This document shows positions 1 to 11,899 of a stretch of 64,000 nucleotides of DNA, one piece after another. The DNA comes from Octopus sinensis (lineage: Eukaryota), in NCBI RefSeq assembly GCF_006345805.1, contig NC_043021.1:5518001-5582000 (forward strand). The letters are read 5' to 3'. The first letter of the stretch is position 1, and each line of letters begins with the position of its first letter. A model generated the notes under the pieces. The model was given only the letters and a program-made list of their open reading frames with translations, made no database searches and was not told the DNA's origin. A program made the translations under genes and the position numbers.

Positions 1-2
1 AA

Positions 3-156
3 AGTAGTTGGTGCTAAGAAAGGCATCCAGCTGTAAAAAAATCATGCCAAACCAACTGGTGGAGCTTGGTGCAGTTCTCTATCTATCTAGCTCCTTTCAA
101 GCTGTCCAACCCATGCCAGCATGGAAAACAGATGTTAAACCAGGAGGATAATGATG
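3..156 (+). mobile_element. RTE-tail element (family A), diverged
   Basis: ggcatccagctgta...ccaacccatgccagcatggaaaacagatgttaaa followed by a GAT-type tail. Confidence 0.75.
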
Positions 157-322
157 AGGGACTAAACACAGAGAGGACAAACAAGGACAGACAAACGGAT
201 TAAGTTGATTATATCGACCCCCCAGTGCGTAACCGGTACTTATTTAATTGACCCGGGAAGGATGAAAGGCAAAGTCGACCTTGGCGGAATTTGAACTCAG
301 AACATAGCGGCAGACGAAATAC
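157..322 (-). mobile_element. tRNA-derived SINE family C, headless copy
   Basis: Reverse match to 25549-25779, starting at GTATTTCGTCTGCC. Confidence 0.85.
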
Positions 323-1199
323 ACATAAACTGAGAGAGAAAGGGGGGGAAGGTGTCAAAATGTCTTATGCCAAATAAGTCAGCAATGCCAAATAGGTGGG
401 CACCAGTGTGGCCGTACCAAAACGTCTCATAACCAGTTTTCTTTGTTACTAAAATACTTGATGGCAATCTAAAGATTTCAAGATTAATCTGCATCGTAGA
501 GACATTTTGTGTTCTGTGTTCGACATTTCTGTTCTTGTTGTGTTTAGATTAGTTTTAATGTATGGTAGTTTAGTTGTGTTTCATTAACCAAGCTTATTGT
601 AGCTGAGGTGGCTGATCTGGTCTGGTCCTCCAGACACAGCAAGTAGCCCCTCTTACTGAATGGCTTCAAATCAAGCAAAAGAATGTAGTGTATATGTAGA
701 TGTGTGTGTCTGTATATGAAGAGGGAGAGAGAGAGAGAAGTGAGCACATGTCTGTGTGTGTGTGAATGCACATGTATACATGTATCTGTGTATGTGAACA
801 AATGAATGTAGCACTCAATACATTTTGTTGGTCTTACATGTATTTAATAGCAATTTTACTCAGTTCTACATTACTCAAGGGTGTAGAACACATCCATATC
901 ACCAGATGTATACATGAGTTTATGTGTGTGTATATACATATATATTAAAATAAACTCTGATTTTTCTTTTTTACAGGTTCGCATAAAACCCCAGAGTTTT
1001 GCCTCTGTAAGCCTTTTTCAGACTTGAAAAAAGCCTCCAGTAGCAAAGCCTGATGCCTTTTTAACTATGCATAATAAATCTGACTCTAATACCAGTATTG
1101 AGTCCTTTCATTAGTAAATGTTTGTTGATATTAATAGCATACACCCCCACCCACATATAATGAGAGAGGTATGTGTGTGTGTCTGTGTATGCATATATG

Positions 1200-1246
<47 letters not shown>

Positions 1247-1289
1247 ATAGAAAAGGTAAGACAACAAAAGAATGAAAGAGACCTCGATA

Positions 1290-1480
1290 TTATGTAAATA
1301 TATGGGACAATTATTTGGTAGCCATGATAAAACTCTTGAGTTTTGGATGTCAGAGCGGAAACCTACCTTGTTTTGTTATTTTGATGGATGGATGGATGAA
1401 TGGGTAAGTAGGTAGATAGATATCCGAAACTCAGAGTTTTATCATGGGTACCAAATAATTGTCACATATTATATTTACAT
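1290..1480. mobile_element. Degenerate Penelope-like inverted repeat (~57-bp arms)
   Basis: 1292-1348 and 1422-1480 are reverse complements; the right arm has GAAACTCAGAGTTT, a hammerhead 3' half. Confidence 0.55.
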
Positions 1481-1619
1481 ATATATATATGTATATATAT
1501 AAATAAAATTAGGTGGGTTTCATTCTTGTGAGTGTGCATTATTTGAATCTGTGAGTTATTTGCTTGTGTAAATATATATATATAATATATATATATAAAG
1601 TTATGCATATATATATATA

Positions 1620-1663
<44 letters not shown>

Positions 1664-2164
1664 AGGTGGTGCTATTAAGTTAGACATGGCCGAAACCTAT
1701 CAAAGTATATATATAGATAGATAGATAGATATTTCTCTGTTATTATCTATGTAAACAGTGTACATTTGTATAGGCATTGACATACATCTGTATGTGTGTC
1801 CATTTCTGCAACAATTAACATCACCTTTGTATAGATATACAGCATACACATGTCATAGACATATATAGCATGCGACATCACACCAATGTACACAGAGAGA
1901 GAGAGAGAGTGTGTGTCCAGTTCTAAAAAATTTGTCTCAAGAAATTTGCTCTGAATCCTGAGAGAATGGCTGATATTGATGGTGACTAGCTAGTACTGCA
2001 CTGATGAGATTTAACTGAATGAAACCACCACCACCCATCCACCCTACATGTTACACCTGAATTATCGTCAAAATGGATGTAGATCATTGCCGTAGTAGCA
2101 TTCTGTACCCAAAGTTGAGTGGCATAAATTTGTGTAGCCATTGGTCTTAGCCAGGCTGTAACAC

Positions 2165-2359
2165 AAGATGTAAAAGGCACCCATGCCAGTGACATGTAAA
2201 AGACACCCAATATAGGAGTGGTTGGAAGGGCATCCAGCCATAGAAACCAAGTCAAAACAGACAACTGGAGCCTGGAGCAGCTCTCTGGCTTACCGGCTCT
2301 AGTCAAGCCATCTAACCCATGCCGGCATGAAAAAACAGACGTTAAAATGATGATAATGA
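2165..2359 (+). mobile_element. RTE-tail element (family A)
   Basis: Same motifs and (GAT)n tail. Confidence 0.75.
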
Positions 2360-2704
2360 TTTGTGTTGTTTATGCATCGAGGGAATATGGCTGTTAAATC
2401 TTGCAGGTCAAGTAGCCACATAGAAACCCCCTTGTTGTTTCCATGATGATGATGATGATGTGATGATATCAACAAAGTACCTCAATGATCAAATTAGATT
2501 CGGCCCACGCTTGCTGTTGTGAAAATAATTGTGTTAACGTTCACCACCAGGCTGTATGCCTGTTCTTGTGCATCTATCAATGCTTCTAATATGCTAAAGT
2601 GTAAGATCTCTGTGTGTTTCTATATGTCTTGTGTGTAAATCCGTAAGCTAGTCTGTTTATCTGTGTTTCTGTCTGCCTGGATATATCTATGTGTCTATCC
2701 ATTT

Positions 2705-2769
2705 CTGTCTGTCTCTCTCTCTCTCTCTCTCCCCCATTTCCTCTTCCTCTCTACCTCTCTACCTCTCTC

Positions 2770-2801
<32 letters not shown>

Positions 2802-2888
2802 CCATTTCCTCTTCCTCTCTACTTCTCTCTCTCTCTCTCCCCCATTTCCTCTTCCTCTCTACTTCTCTCTCTCTCTCTCCCTCTCCCC

Positions 2889-2928
<40 letters not shown>

Positions 2929-3050
2929 CCATTTCCTCTACCCCTCTCTCTCTCTCTCTCCCCCGTTTCCTCTTCCTCTCTACTTCTCTCTTTCTCTCTG
3001 TATGTGCCTCTGCATCTCACCATCTCTCTCTGTCTTGTTGTTTCTGTCTG
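2705..3050. repeat. (CT)n compound repeat with a recurring cccatttcctcttcctctctac motif
   Basis: Direct reading. Confidence 0.9.
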
Positions 3051-3231
3051 TCTGTCACTTTAATCTCCCCCATCTGTCTGCCAGCAATAATGTCTAACTT
3101 TTAGTTGAAAACTTTGTGGTTATGTACTACTACTACTACCACTAGTAATAGTTAGTCGTATTACTAGTAGTAATAATAATACTATTACTACAACTCTATT
3201 ATAACTTATAAGCATCAGTTCTGTAGTTACT

Positions 3232-3520
3232 GTTGTTTTTAGCCCCTGGTCAGCCTGGATTTTCCAGCTAGGACCATCCCATTTACATATACATTCAGGT
3301 ACTACACTATATTGCTCAATGTGTCCTTCCTAGGTTTTGGCTGCTATTTTTAGTAAATATTGCAGCTCCCTATCAAAAGTACTCCAGCTGGGACCATCCC
3401 ATATACTTAAATCTACAGGGACTCTATTGGCCATTGTGTAATTTCTTTTTTAAATAGTAGGCTTTGGCTGCTGTTTCTAGTAAATATAGCGGCATATAGA
3501 GACACCCTCATTGGTCTGTA
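3232..3520 (+). mobile_element. Old unclassified repeat family J (two tandem partial units); relatives at about 5222-5440, 9770-9975, 16010-16130(-), 23420-23590 and 32960-33170(-)
   Basis: Recurrent gaccatccca / ttggctgctatttctag motifs. Confidence 0.5.
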
Positions 3521-3566
3521 GGTTGTTATGGTTGACGACATTAGTGTTGATGTTAGTATTTCTTAC

Positions 3567-3690
3567 TGTTCAGCTTTGATGCTGTTTATATCGATTACTG
3601 AGCCTGGAAGAATGAGAGAATGGGGGTGGCCAGGTGTGGCCTTCTCACGACTAATTTGGTATGTAACCAGAGTTGCTGGTGCACCACTTC
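3567..3690 (-). CDS. Candidate internal exon (SGAPATLVTYQISREKATPGHPHSLILPGSVIDINSIKAE)
   Basis: Minus-strand acceptor ctcctcttctgcctcggtAG and donor AACA|GTAAGA with one open frame. A plus-strand exon (3574-3717) is also feasible, so strand is uncertain. Confidence 0.28.
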
Positions 3691-3827
3691 CTACCGAGGC
3701 AGAAGAGGAGGGTGCAGGTAGGGGGGATACACAGAAGGGAAGATAAAGATATACATGTGTGTGTACATGTGTATGTACACCTATATACATATGTGTGTGT
3801 AAGTATTTATGTGTGTATGTATGTATG

Positions 3828-3861
<34 letters not shown>

Positions 3862-3900
3862 ATATATTATATATATATATTATATATATATATATATATA

Positions 3901-3931
<31 letters not shown>

Positions 3932-4103
3932 GAGAGGAGAGAGAGAGAGAGAGAGAGTTGGGAATGGAATGTAAGAGATAAAAGATTTAATATATCTAAA
4001 TGAAATATTACACCAGGTATCTTTTTTTTTTTGTCTTTCAACTTTTTTATTAAAAGATTATGGCAATTATTTTTAATTTCATTTTACATTCTTATCCAAT
4101 CTT

Positions 4104-4148
<45 letters not shown>

Positions 4149-4276
4149 ATATATATATGGAGAGAGAGAGAGCTGCTTAGACAAGGTTCTCTTCTCAAGA
4201 CTTCCCCCACCCAACATGTTTTTCAGGAAGGCCTACCTTGAACTACAAGTATTTTTATGCACACAAATAGGTGCAC

Positions 4277-4310
<34 letters not shown>

Positions 4311-4418
4311 TCATGCATGTACACTTACGCATACCTTTTTTTATAAGCGCCAAGTATTACATGCACACAAACAAGCACCTATACATCTACACGTATACAT
4401 ACTTAAATTTCTATATCC

Positions 4419-4571
4419 ATGAGTGTCGCACAACCTGCAATTATGTCGACATGTGAGCTTTCTATATCATCAACATCACCTGAAATTCCATCTGAATATT
4501 CACCAGTTCTTCATAATCTTCATCATCATCATCGTTTACATCAGCAGCATGAAGTTCGCACGTTGATGTTG
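4419..4571 (+). CDS. Candidate ATG-initiated coding exon (MSVAQPAIMSTCELSISSTSPEIPSEYSPVLHNLHHHHRLHQQHEVRTLML)
   Basis: High-complexity island between microsatellites: 51 open codons from ATG ending at TTG|GTATGA (phase 0). A minus-strand reading (YFNIIPTSTCELHAADVNDDDDEDYEEL, acceptor at 4589-90) is also possible. Confidence 0.33.
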
Positions 4572-4992
4572 GTATGATGTTGAAGTACCTGCAACATGTG
4601 TGATACTAAATATGCATGTGTGTGTGTGTGTGTGTATGTGTGTGTGTGTGTGTGTGTGATAACATATACCTACAATATTGCTGCAGTATATTCCAATATA
4701 CACATAACATAGACACAGGCATGTGTGTGTGTGTAATTATATATACATACAAGACCAAAAGAAAGATAAGATATACATGCATACTTCCTATCAAATACAC
4801 ATGCATTCACCTGCTTGCTCACATATACACACTTTTTTCCTTGCTTATGCACAGATACACACACTCTTTGAGTATATGAAGGGCTTGAAAGTTCCTTTAC
4901 ATTCCATTCTGTTTCGATCAACGCAAGCCCTTAATTCAGAACCTCTCATACATCAAGAGCATTTGTGCCACATATCTCAATGTGTGTGCACA

Positions 4993-5135
4993 CTCTCCTG
5001 TACACACTACCTTGATGTAATCTCCAGGGATACAGGCATCCAGCAACAGGACCTCCGTAATGCTATGATGGACTGTGAAGTCTGGCGTAGCATGGTAAAT
5101 TCCATTGTCTCGACCACGGTCGAACAATGATGATG
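4993..5135 (+). mobile_element. 3' end of a second RTE-like LINE family
   Basis: YLDVISRDTGIQQQDLRNAMMDCEVWRSMV matches the RTE C-terminal pattern (DTG...L...M.DR..WR) and ends in a (TGA)n tail. Confidence 0.7.
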
Positions 5136-5506
5136 TGTGTGTATATACACAGGCACCCTTATACACAGACACCCTTATACACAGGCACACACATACATGA
5201 ACTGTGCTAGTTGTTGATTGTTGTTGTTAACCCCAGGTCAACCCTGATCAAGCAGGCCTTTAATCAAAGGCAATTTACCTCTGAAAAACTGCGTTTTTTG
5301 TTGGCATAATGTATCTTAATACATCATCCAATGTGTTATTCATTTTTTTCTTGTTAAAGATTAGTGATAGGGTTTAGATTGAGGATGGTCTGGCTGCTGT
5401 TACTGGAAAATCGCATGTCCACCTATAGGCTCTATCATTGGTGACTGAGGATATTTCAAGTGTGTCGTTTTCACCTGGATTGGTTTGGGAAATAAAACCT
5501 GAAGAG

Positions 5507-5671
5507 GGTGCAGGAGTGGCTGTGTGGTAAGTAGCTTGCTTACCAACCACATGGTTCCGGGTTCAGTCCCACTGCGTGGCACCTTGGGCAAGTGTCTTCT
5601 ACTATAGCCTCAGGCCAACCAAAACCTTGTGAGTGGATTTGGTAGACGGAAACTGAAAGAAGCCCGCTGTA

Positions 5672-5711
<40 letters not shown>

Positions 5712-5933
5712 GGTGTGTGTGTGTGTTTTGGTGTCTGTGTTTGTCCCCCTAGCATTGCTTGACAACCGAGCTGTGTGGTTTATGTCCCCGTCACTTAGTG
5801 GTTCGGCAAAAGAGACCGATAGAATAATACTGGGCTTACAAGAAAAATCCCGGGGTCGAGTTGCTCGATTAAAGGCGGTACTCCAGCATGGCCGCAGTCA
5901 AATGACTGTGAAACAAGTAAAAGAGTTAAAGAG
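5507..5933 (+). mobile_element. Full-length tRNA-derived SINE, family B (CORE-like centre, internal microsatellite)
   Basis: A-box-like TGGCTGTGTGG, B-box-like GGTTCAGTCCC, ccttgggcaagtg (MIR/CORE-like), internal (TA)/(TG) tract, aaagag tail; seven similar copies in the window. Confidence 0.85.
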
Positions 5934-6968
5934 GAATATTATACTGGAATAATATTGCATCTGGAATTACTGTGTGTGGTGTGTGTGTTCGTGTGTGTGT
6001 GTGTGGACTGTGTTGGAGTGTTTATGAAATCTTTGCTTTTTGTTTTTATTTATTTTTGTTTGAGTAGCAGAATTTTGTTACGAGTTTCGATTGTACAGAT
6101 GCATATATACATAGATATATATGCGTGTGCATGCACGCACACACACACACACACACACACATGTATATACACATACATGCATGCATGCATGCGTGTGTGT
6201 ATGTGTGCTCATAGTTTCAGAGTAAGTTTTCAACTTTGGTGTTTAGTTGGGAAGAATAGTAGATGGCTGGCTGGCTGGCTGGTTAGTTGGCTGGTGAGAG
6301 AAATTGGTGGGGTGGGGGGTGAAATGGGGGTAGAGCAAACAGGTACATACAGGTACATACACATACAGATATACATATACAGTACATAGGTTGATGCAAA
6401 GAGAGATAGGTAGAGAGAGAGAGAGAGAGACAAGAGAGATAGCTCAAGTATAAAGGATGATAGTGAGGGAGGGAGAGAGGGAGTAAGACAGAGAGGGGGG
6501 AAATGATGGAGAGAGAGAGAGAGAGAGAGATAAAGAGACAGTGTGTAGGATGAGCAGACGTGTGCACACACACACTAACACATAAACATACTAGCACTCA
6601 CTCGCTCACTCACATATAGTCACTAGCTCTTGAGCACACACATAGACACGTACATAAGCAATGAGAGTGAGAAGAGAGAGAGAGAGAGAGAGAGACGGAT
6701 ATCCAGAGAAAGAGAGGAAGAGTGAGAGAGGAGGGGGAGGATGCAGAGCAAGAACTGAGACGGGATAGAGGTAGATAGCATCAAAGAGAAGACAGTTGCG
6801 AGTGTGTGTGTGGTGGTAGGAAGAGGGTGGGGGAAATAAGAAGTGGAGAATTAGTGAGGGTGAGAGGAAGAAAATGAGAAGGTATGTCGTAGTGAGAGTG
6901 GTGGAGAGAGACAGACAGAGAGAGAGAGAGAGAGAGTGAGAGAGGTGGAGGTGTGAGGATGTCTGTGA

Positions 6969-7122
6969 ATGGAATGTGCGGGATGTAACGAGGAGCATCG
7001 GTGCCATTCTGCCAGTGCCATGAATCTAAGTGGTAGCTCCACTTTCCTGGGATTCTCTTTGGGAAATAATATGCAAGGTAGAAGCCACATGGACACCGAG
7101 GAAAAAATACAAAGATTTCTTG
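6969..7122 (+). CDS. Candidate ATG-initiated coding exon (MECAGCNEEHRCHSASAMNLSG...EKIQRFL)
   Basis: Unique sequence after a GA-rich leader; open frame from ATG to CTTG|GTCAGT (phase 1), followed by an AC microsatellite. Confidence 0.28.
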
Positions 7123-7144
7123 GTCAGTGCTTTTGTCTTATACA

Positions 7145-7251
7145 CGAATACACACACACACACACACACACACATGCTGCACACACACATACATATATAT
7201 ATACACATAACACACACATGCTGCATACATACATGCTTGTGTGTGTTTGTA

Positions 7252-7287
<36 letters not shown>

Positions 7288-7330
7288 AATGCACACACAC
7301 ACACATATATTATATATATATACACACACT

Positions 7331-7366
<36 letters not shown>

Positions 7367-7690
7367 CACACACACACATATATATTTACATATACACATA
7401 ACACACACACACACACACATGCTGCATACATACATGCTTGTGTGTGTGTATATATATATACACACACACACACATATATATTTATATATACACATAACAC
7501 ACACACACACATGCTGCATACATACATGCTTGTGTGTGTTTGTATGTGTGTGTATGTATATGTATATATATATATATATATAAATGCACACACATACACA
7601 TAATATATACACATAAAAATCTATACACACCTATATGCACATGTGTATAGAAATATACACACACACATGCAAGGATATACATATATGTAT

Positions 7691-7722
<32 letters not shown>

Positions 7723-8270
7723 CTCACACACACACATAATACATGTATGTATATCCTTGCATGTGTGTGTATATTTCTATACACAAGTGCATATAGGTGT
7801 GTGTGTGTATATAGATTTTTATGTGTATATATTATGTGTATGTGTGTATTTCATATTTCATATTTACATATTACATGTGTAAATCTATATTTGTGTATGT
7901 GTGTGCATTTATATTTAGGTATGTGTATATGTATAGATTTTTATGTGTATATATTATGTGTATGTGTGTTCATTTATATTTAGGTGTGTGTATGTCTATA
8001 GACTTTTATGTGTATATATTAGGTGTATGTGTGTATTTCTATATTACATATGTAAATCTATATTTGTGTATGTGTGTTCATTTATATTTAGGTGTGTGTA
8101 TATGTATAGATTTTTATGTGTATATATTAGGTGTATGTGAGTATTTCTATATTCATGTGTAAGTAAATTTATATTTGTGTATGTACATTTATATTTGTGT
8201 ATATTTTTGTGTGTATGTACATTTATGTATGTTCCCATGTATATATATATATGTGTGTGTATGTATTTCT
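7145..8270. repeat. AC/AT/GT compound tract with higher-order units and an internal palindrome
   Basis: catgctgcatacatacatgcttg x3; atagattttatgtgtatatatt x4. Confidence 0.9.
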
Positions 8271-8377
8271 ATGTTGGTCATATTTATTTACAAATTATCT
8301 ACATCTCTGCCTCTATCCCAAAGCTATTAATAACTTAGCCGAAAAGTCTCACTAAAGTCCCTCTCCTCTTCCCTTAG

Positions 8378-8414
<37 letters not shown>

Positions 8415-8494
8415 GTTGATTTAGATTAAAAAGGAATATACTTTACTCTCTCCTAAGGCATCCCTCCACCTTCTCTGTGTATCTGTGTAGGTTT

Positions 8495-8528
<34 letters not shown>

Positions 8529-8848
8529 ATGTTACCAGTCTTTTTTTTTTTTTGTTTTGTTATATACACCCTTTCTTTAAAATTATATATATTTTCCCAA
8601 ACTCTCTGCTGGATTTCTATATCTCCCTCATGTCCCCTTCCTTGTTGTAAACCTTATACTCCATGCACACACACACACATATACCTGTATTTAATTTCCT
8701 AAGGGTTTTACCTTTGTTTTTCCCATTCCTACCTATTCCACCCCTTACATTTGCAGTACAATTTCTTCTATTTCACTAGCACTTTTCCACATGCACACAC
8801 TTCTCCCACCCAACCCCACCCCGTTCTCATTGCTACTAATATTGAAGT

Positions 8849-8882
<34 letters not shown>

Positions 8883-10087
8883 TACCCTACCTTAAGATTC
8901 TTTGGGTCCATAAAATGGCCAGAATTACCCCCCAGTTAATTCTGAAACATTTTTTTTTTCTGTTTTCTCATTCTTCCTTTTATTTTTTCTATTTTTGCAA
9001 TATCTTAAATAAAAGGGTGAGAGAAAGAGAGAGACAGAGAGAGACAGAGATAAAGAGAGATAGACAAAGAGAGACAGACATAGAGAGAGAGAGAGAGAGT
9101 GAAATTGAGATAAGGAGACATGGAGAAAGGGAGAAAGATAAAAGAGTTTTTAATTAGCCGATTTCTTCATTTGACCTTGGTGTCAAGGTTTTTTTTTTTT
9201 TACTTATTTTATTCTCTTCAGTTTCCAGATTTTTCTTTTTCATCCATCATCTCTTCACTTTTCCTTTCTTTTTCCCTTTTCCTACCTTCTTTCTTTCTTT
9301 CTTTCATTTTCTTTTCCACCACTCTTTAATCATCTTTTTCTTTTCTTTCTTTTCACCAAATTCTAACCATATCTCCATGCCAACCTCATCTCCATGTACA
9401 CCCTTCATCTTTTTCATAAACTTTTTCAATATTAAGTAAATATATTGCTACCCATCTTATTCTTCATCTTTTCGCTAGAAATTCTTATTTCTTTCCAAAT
9501 TTTTCTCTCCTAGATTCTTTCACTCTGCTAGCTTGCCATCTTATGATGCCTGAATATTAATGTCACTTAAGTGGAGAGAGAAGTGGGTCAGGAGTGTTTG
9601 CAGGGAAGAAGACCCGGCAGGTCTGAGGAACAGAGGCCATTATAGCAGTGATAGAAAACAGTGTACCTGTGGGCTTTGGTGACCTCAGTGTTTCTGTTGG
9701 TTGTTTAGAGTCAATCAGTTGAGTACACCCCTGCCACTCTAGATGCAGTCCAGCATATCTATGTGCATAGGGGATGCACCATCCTTGATATTACCAGCCA
9801 ATTATTTTTTATCAAAGAGAATCTTCTTCCCTAAGTGATAATATAAACAGCTTCTGTTGTGTATCTAGGACTACGTTATCCTTTTTTTTCTTCAGACAGT
9901 AAGCTGTGTGGCTTGAGAGAAATTTAGCTGCTATTTATAGCAGAGCAAGTAACTACATAAAGACTCACCCATTATTCACAAGAACGATGTTTTTGCTGAT
10001 TCATTGAGGAGCAGTATGATTCCTGTAACATTATATAGCATTGGCTGAATGCCAGGGCCTCATTGGCCTACGGAGGCATCACACAGT

Positions 10088-10145
<58 letters not shown>

Positions 10146-10828
10146 ATGGATGAATGAATGAATGAATGGGACTTTGTTAATTTCAGTGATGAAGATACAC
10201 TCGTTTGATATCATTTGAATTACCTGCTCCTGAATTAATGCATAGGTGGTTGAGCAATTGGTGGTGGTGGACCCCTCATCTGTCAAATCTCTGTTGATCT
10301 AATGCCACAAGCCCTGTAGTTATCAAATGCAGGATCTGTATTTAGTTACCTTCTGCTAGATAAGCAGTTAAAGGCCCAAAAGTCCTCATCTGTCCTAGGT
10401 CCATTGGGGTGTCTGTGTATGATCTTCTCCCTGAGGCAATTTTGCGACATGCTTATGAACCTAGAGCTAGGTCTCTAACATGTTATACTACACTGGGTCA
10501 GGGTAACCCTGGGAACAGCAGTGACTATGAGGTGGATTCATACTTGTCAAAACCCCAGAATTCTTGAACCAGGGTCCTGCAACTGGATGCAGCTTACAAT
10601 TATACCCAGAACATTTAGGCACATGAACCCTTAATGTAATTCTCAGGTAGAATCAGCATTACAGTGTGGTGCGTGACAAAGACTGTACCTCTTGTACAAT
10701 CTAGCCAAAGGGCTTCCTTACAGTTTCCATCTACCCAATTTCACTCACAAGGTATGGGGTGAAGCAAACTTCTTAAACATTTGGCCATATTGTGAATATA
10801 TGAGAGGAAGACAATACATGCATACCTA

Positions 10829-10885
10829 CAGTCACAGCATATCTCAGAGGTCTCGGTCTTCGTCATTTCCTCTGTGAGGCCCTAC
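10829..10885 (-). mobile_element. Second short RTE ORF-end fragment
   Basis: Similar to 11027-11085 (GLTEEMTKDRDL-RYAV). Confidence 0.6.
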
Positions 10886-10886
10886 G

Positions 10887-11218
10887 TGCCACCGGCACGG
10901 GTATCACAACTACAATATTCATATGATTTTTATTTTGATGTTGATGAACTTGACACAATAGGTCTCCTCAAGCACAGCAGGCTGTCCTGCAAGCCATGAA
11001 CTCACTGCATTTGTAGGGTCTTCGAAGTCACAGCATGTCTCCAGAGGTCTTGGTCTTTCGTCATAGCCTCTTTGAGGCTCAACATACGAAGGTCATGCTT
11101 GACCACCTTGTCCCATGTCTTCCTGGGTCTACCTCTACCCCGGATTCCTTCAACAGTTTGGGAGTGGCACTTACATCTCTCCTCATCCATCTGTACTACA
11201 TGACCATACCAACGCACC
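10887..11218 (-). mobile_element. RTE-clade LINE 3' fragment (ORF C-terminus plus 3' UTR)
   Basis: Translates as RWYGHVVQMDEERC...GRGRPRKTWDKVVKHDL...DQDLWR, the typical post-RT C-terminus of RTE-like LINEs. It runs into the GTGCCGGTGGCACG motif that begins the dispersed tail elements. Confidence 0.85.
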
Positions 11219-11294
11219 TATAAATATGTAGTTTAAGTATATGGATCAAGTAGCATTTATCTTCACTTCCCTGATGCCTTACATCTTTTATCAT

Positions 11295-11650
11295 TTACCT
11301 TTTACATGTTTCAATCATTGGGTTGTGCCCATGCTGGAACATTGCCTTGAAGACTTTAGTCAAACAAATTGAACCCAGCTGTTATTTTATCAATTGCTTT
11401 AGCCACACTGCTAAGTTACAGAGATGCAAACAAACCAATATCAATTGTAAAGTGGTGATGGTTGTGGTGGTGGACAAACACACACACACATGACGGGATT
11501 CCTCGCAGTTTCTATTTACCAAATTCATTCACATGCATTAGTTGGCCGACAGCTATAGAAGAAGATACTTGCCCAAGGTGATGCTCACTGAGGCTCAACC
11601 CAAAACTACATGGTTACAAAGCAGGCTTCTCAACAACACAGCTATGTCTG
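11295..11650 (-). mobile_element. SINE family B, old copy
   Basis: Degenerate alignment to 5507-5933. Confidence 0.65.
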
Positions 11651-11899
11651 TGCCTGTCTGTGGAATTCAGTAGACAGAAACGTTGTAGAAGCTATCAGGG
11701 TTGACTAAATTAGTGTCTCACTGGGCTTCCCAGTGATTGAAAGGTGTGTAGTTACTTAGCAGAATTTTAAAAAAGCAACAAAACCTGTTGAAAGTGGATG
11801 AGATCTTTGAGAGTCCAACAACCCCTATATCCTGAGGGGGTGATTGCTGTTGCCAAAATTACCAAAACCCAACGAAATACTTGGATGGGCGGCTTACTG

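Noticed and set aside
544-801. Possible terminal exon on the minus strand (KRGYLLCLEDQTRSATSATISLVNETQL...)
   Set aside because: The acceptor is ambiguous (two AGs) and the peptide is unrecognised; too weak to call.
2663-3104. Three overlapping Leu/Ser-rich ORFs resembling membrane proteins
   Set aside because: (CT)n translations; the same applies to 18507-19169 and 37877-38244.
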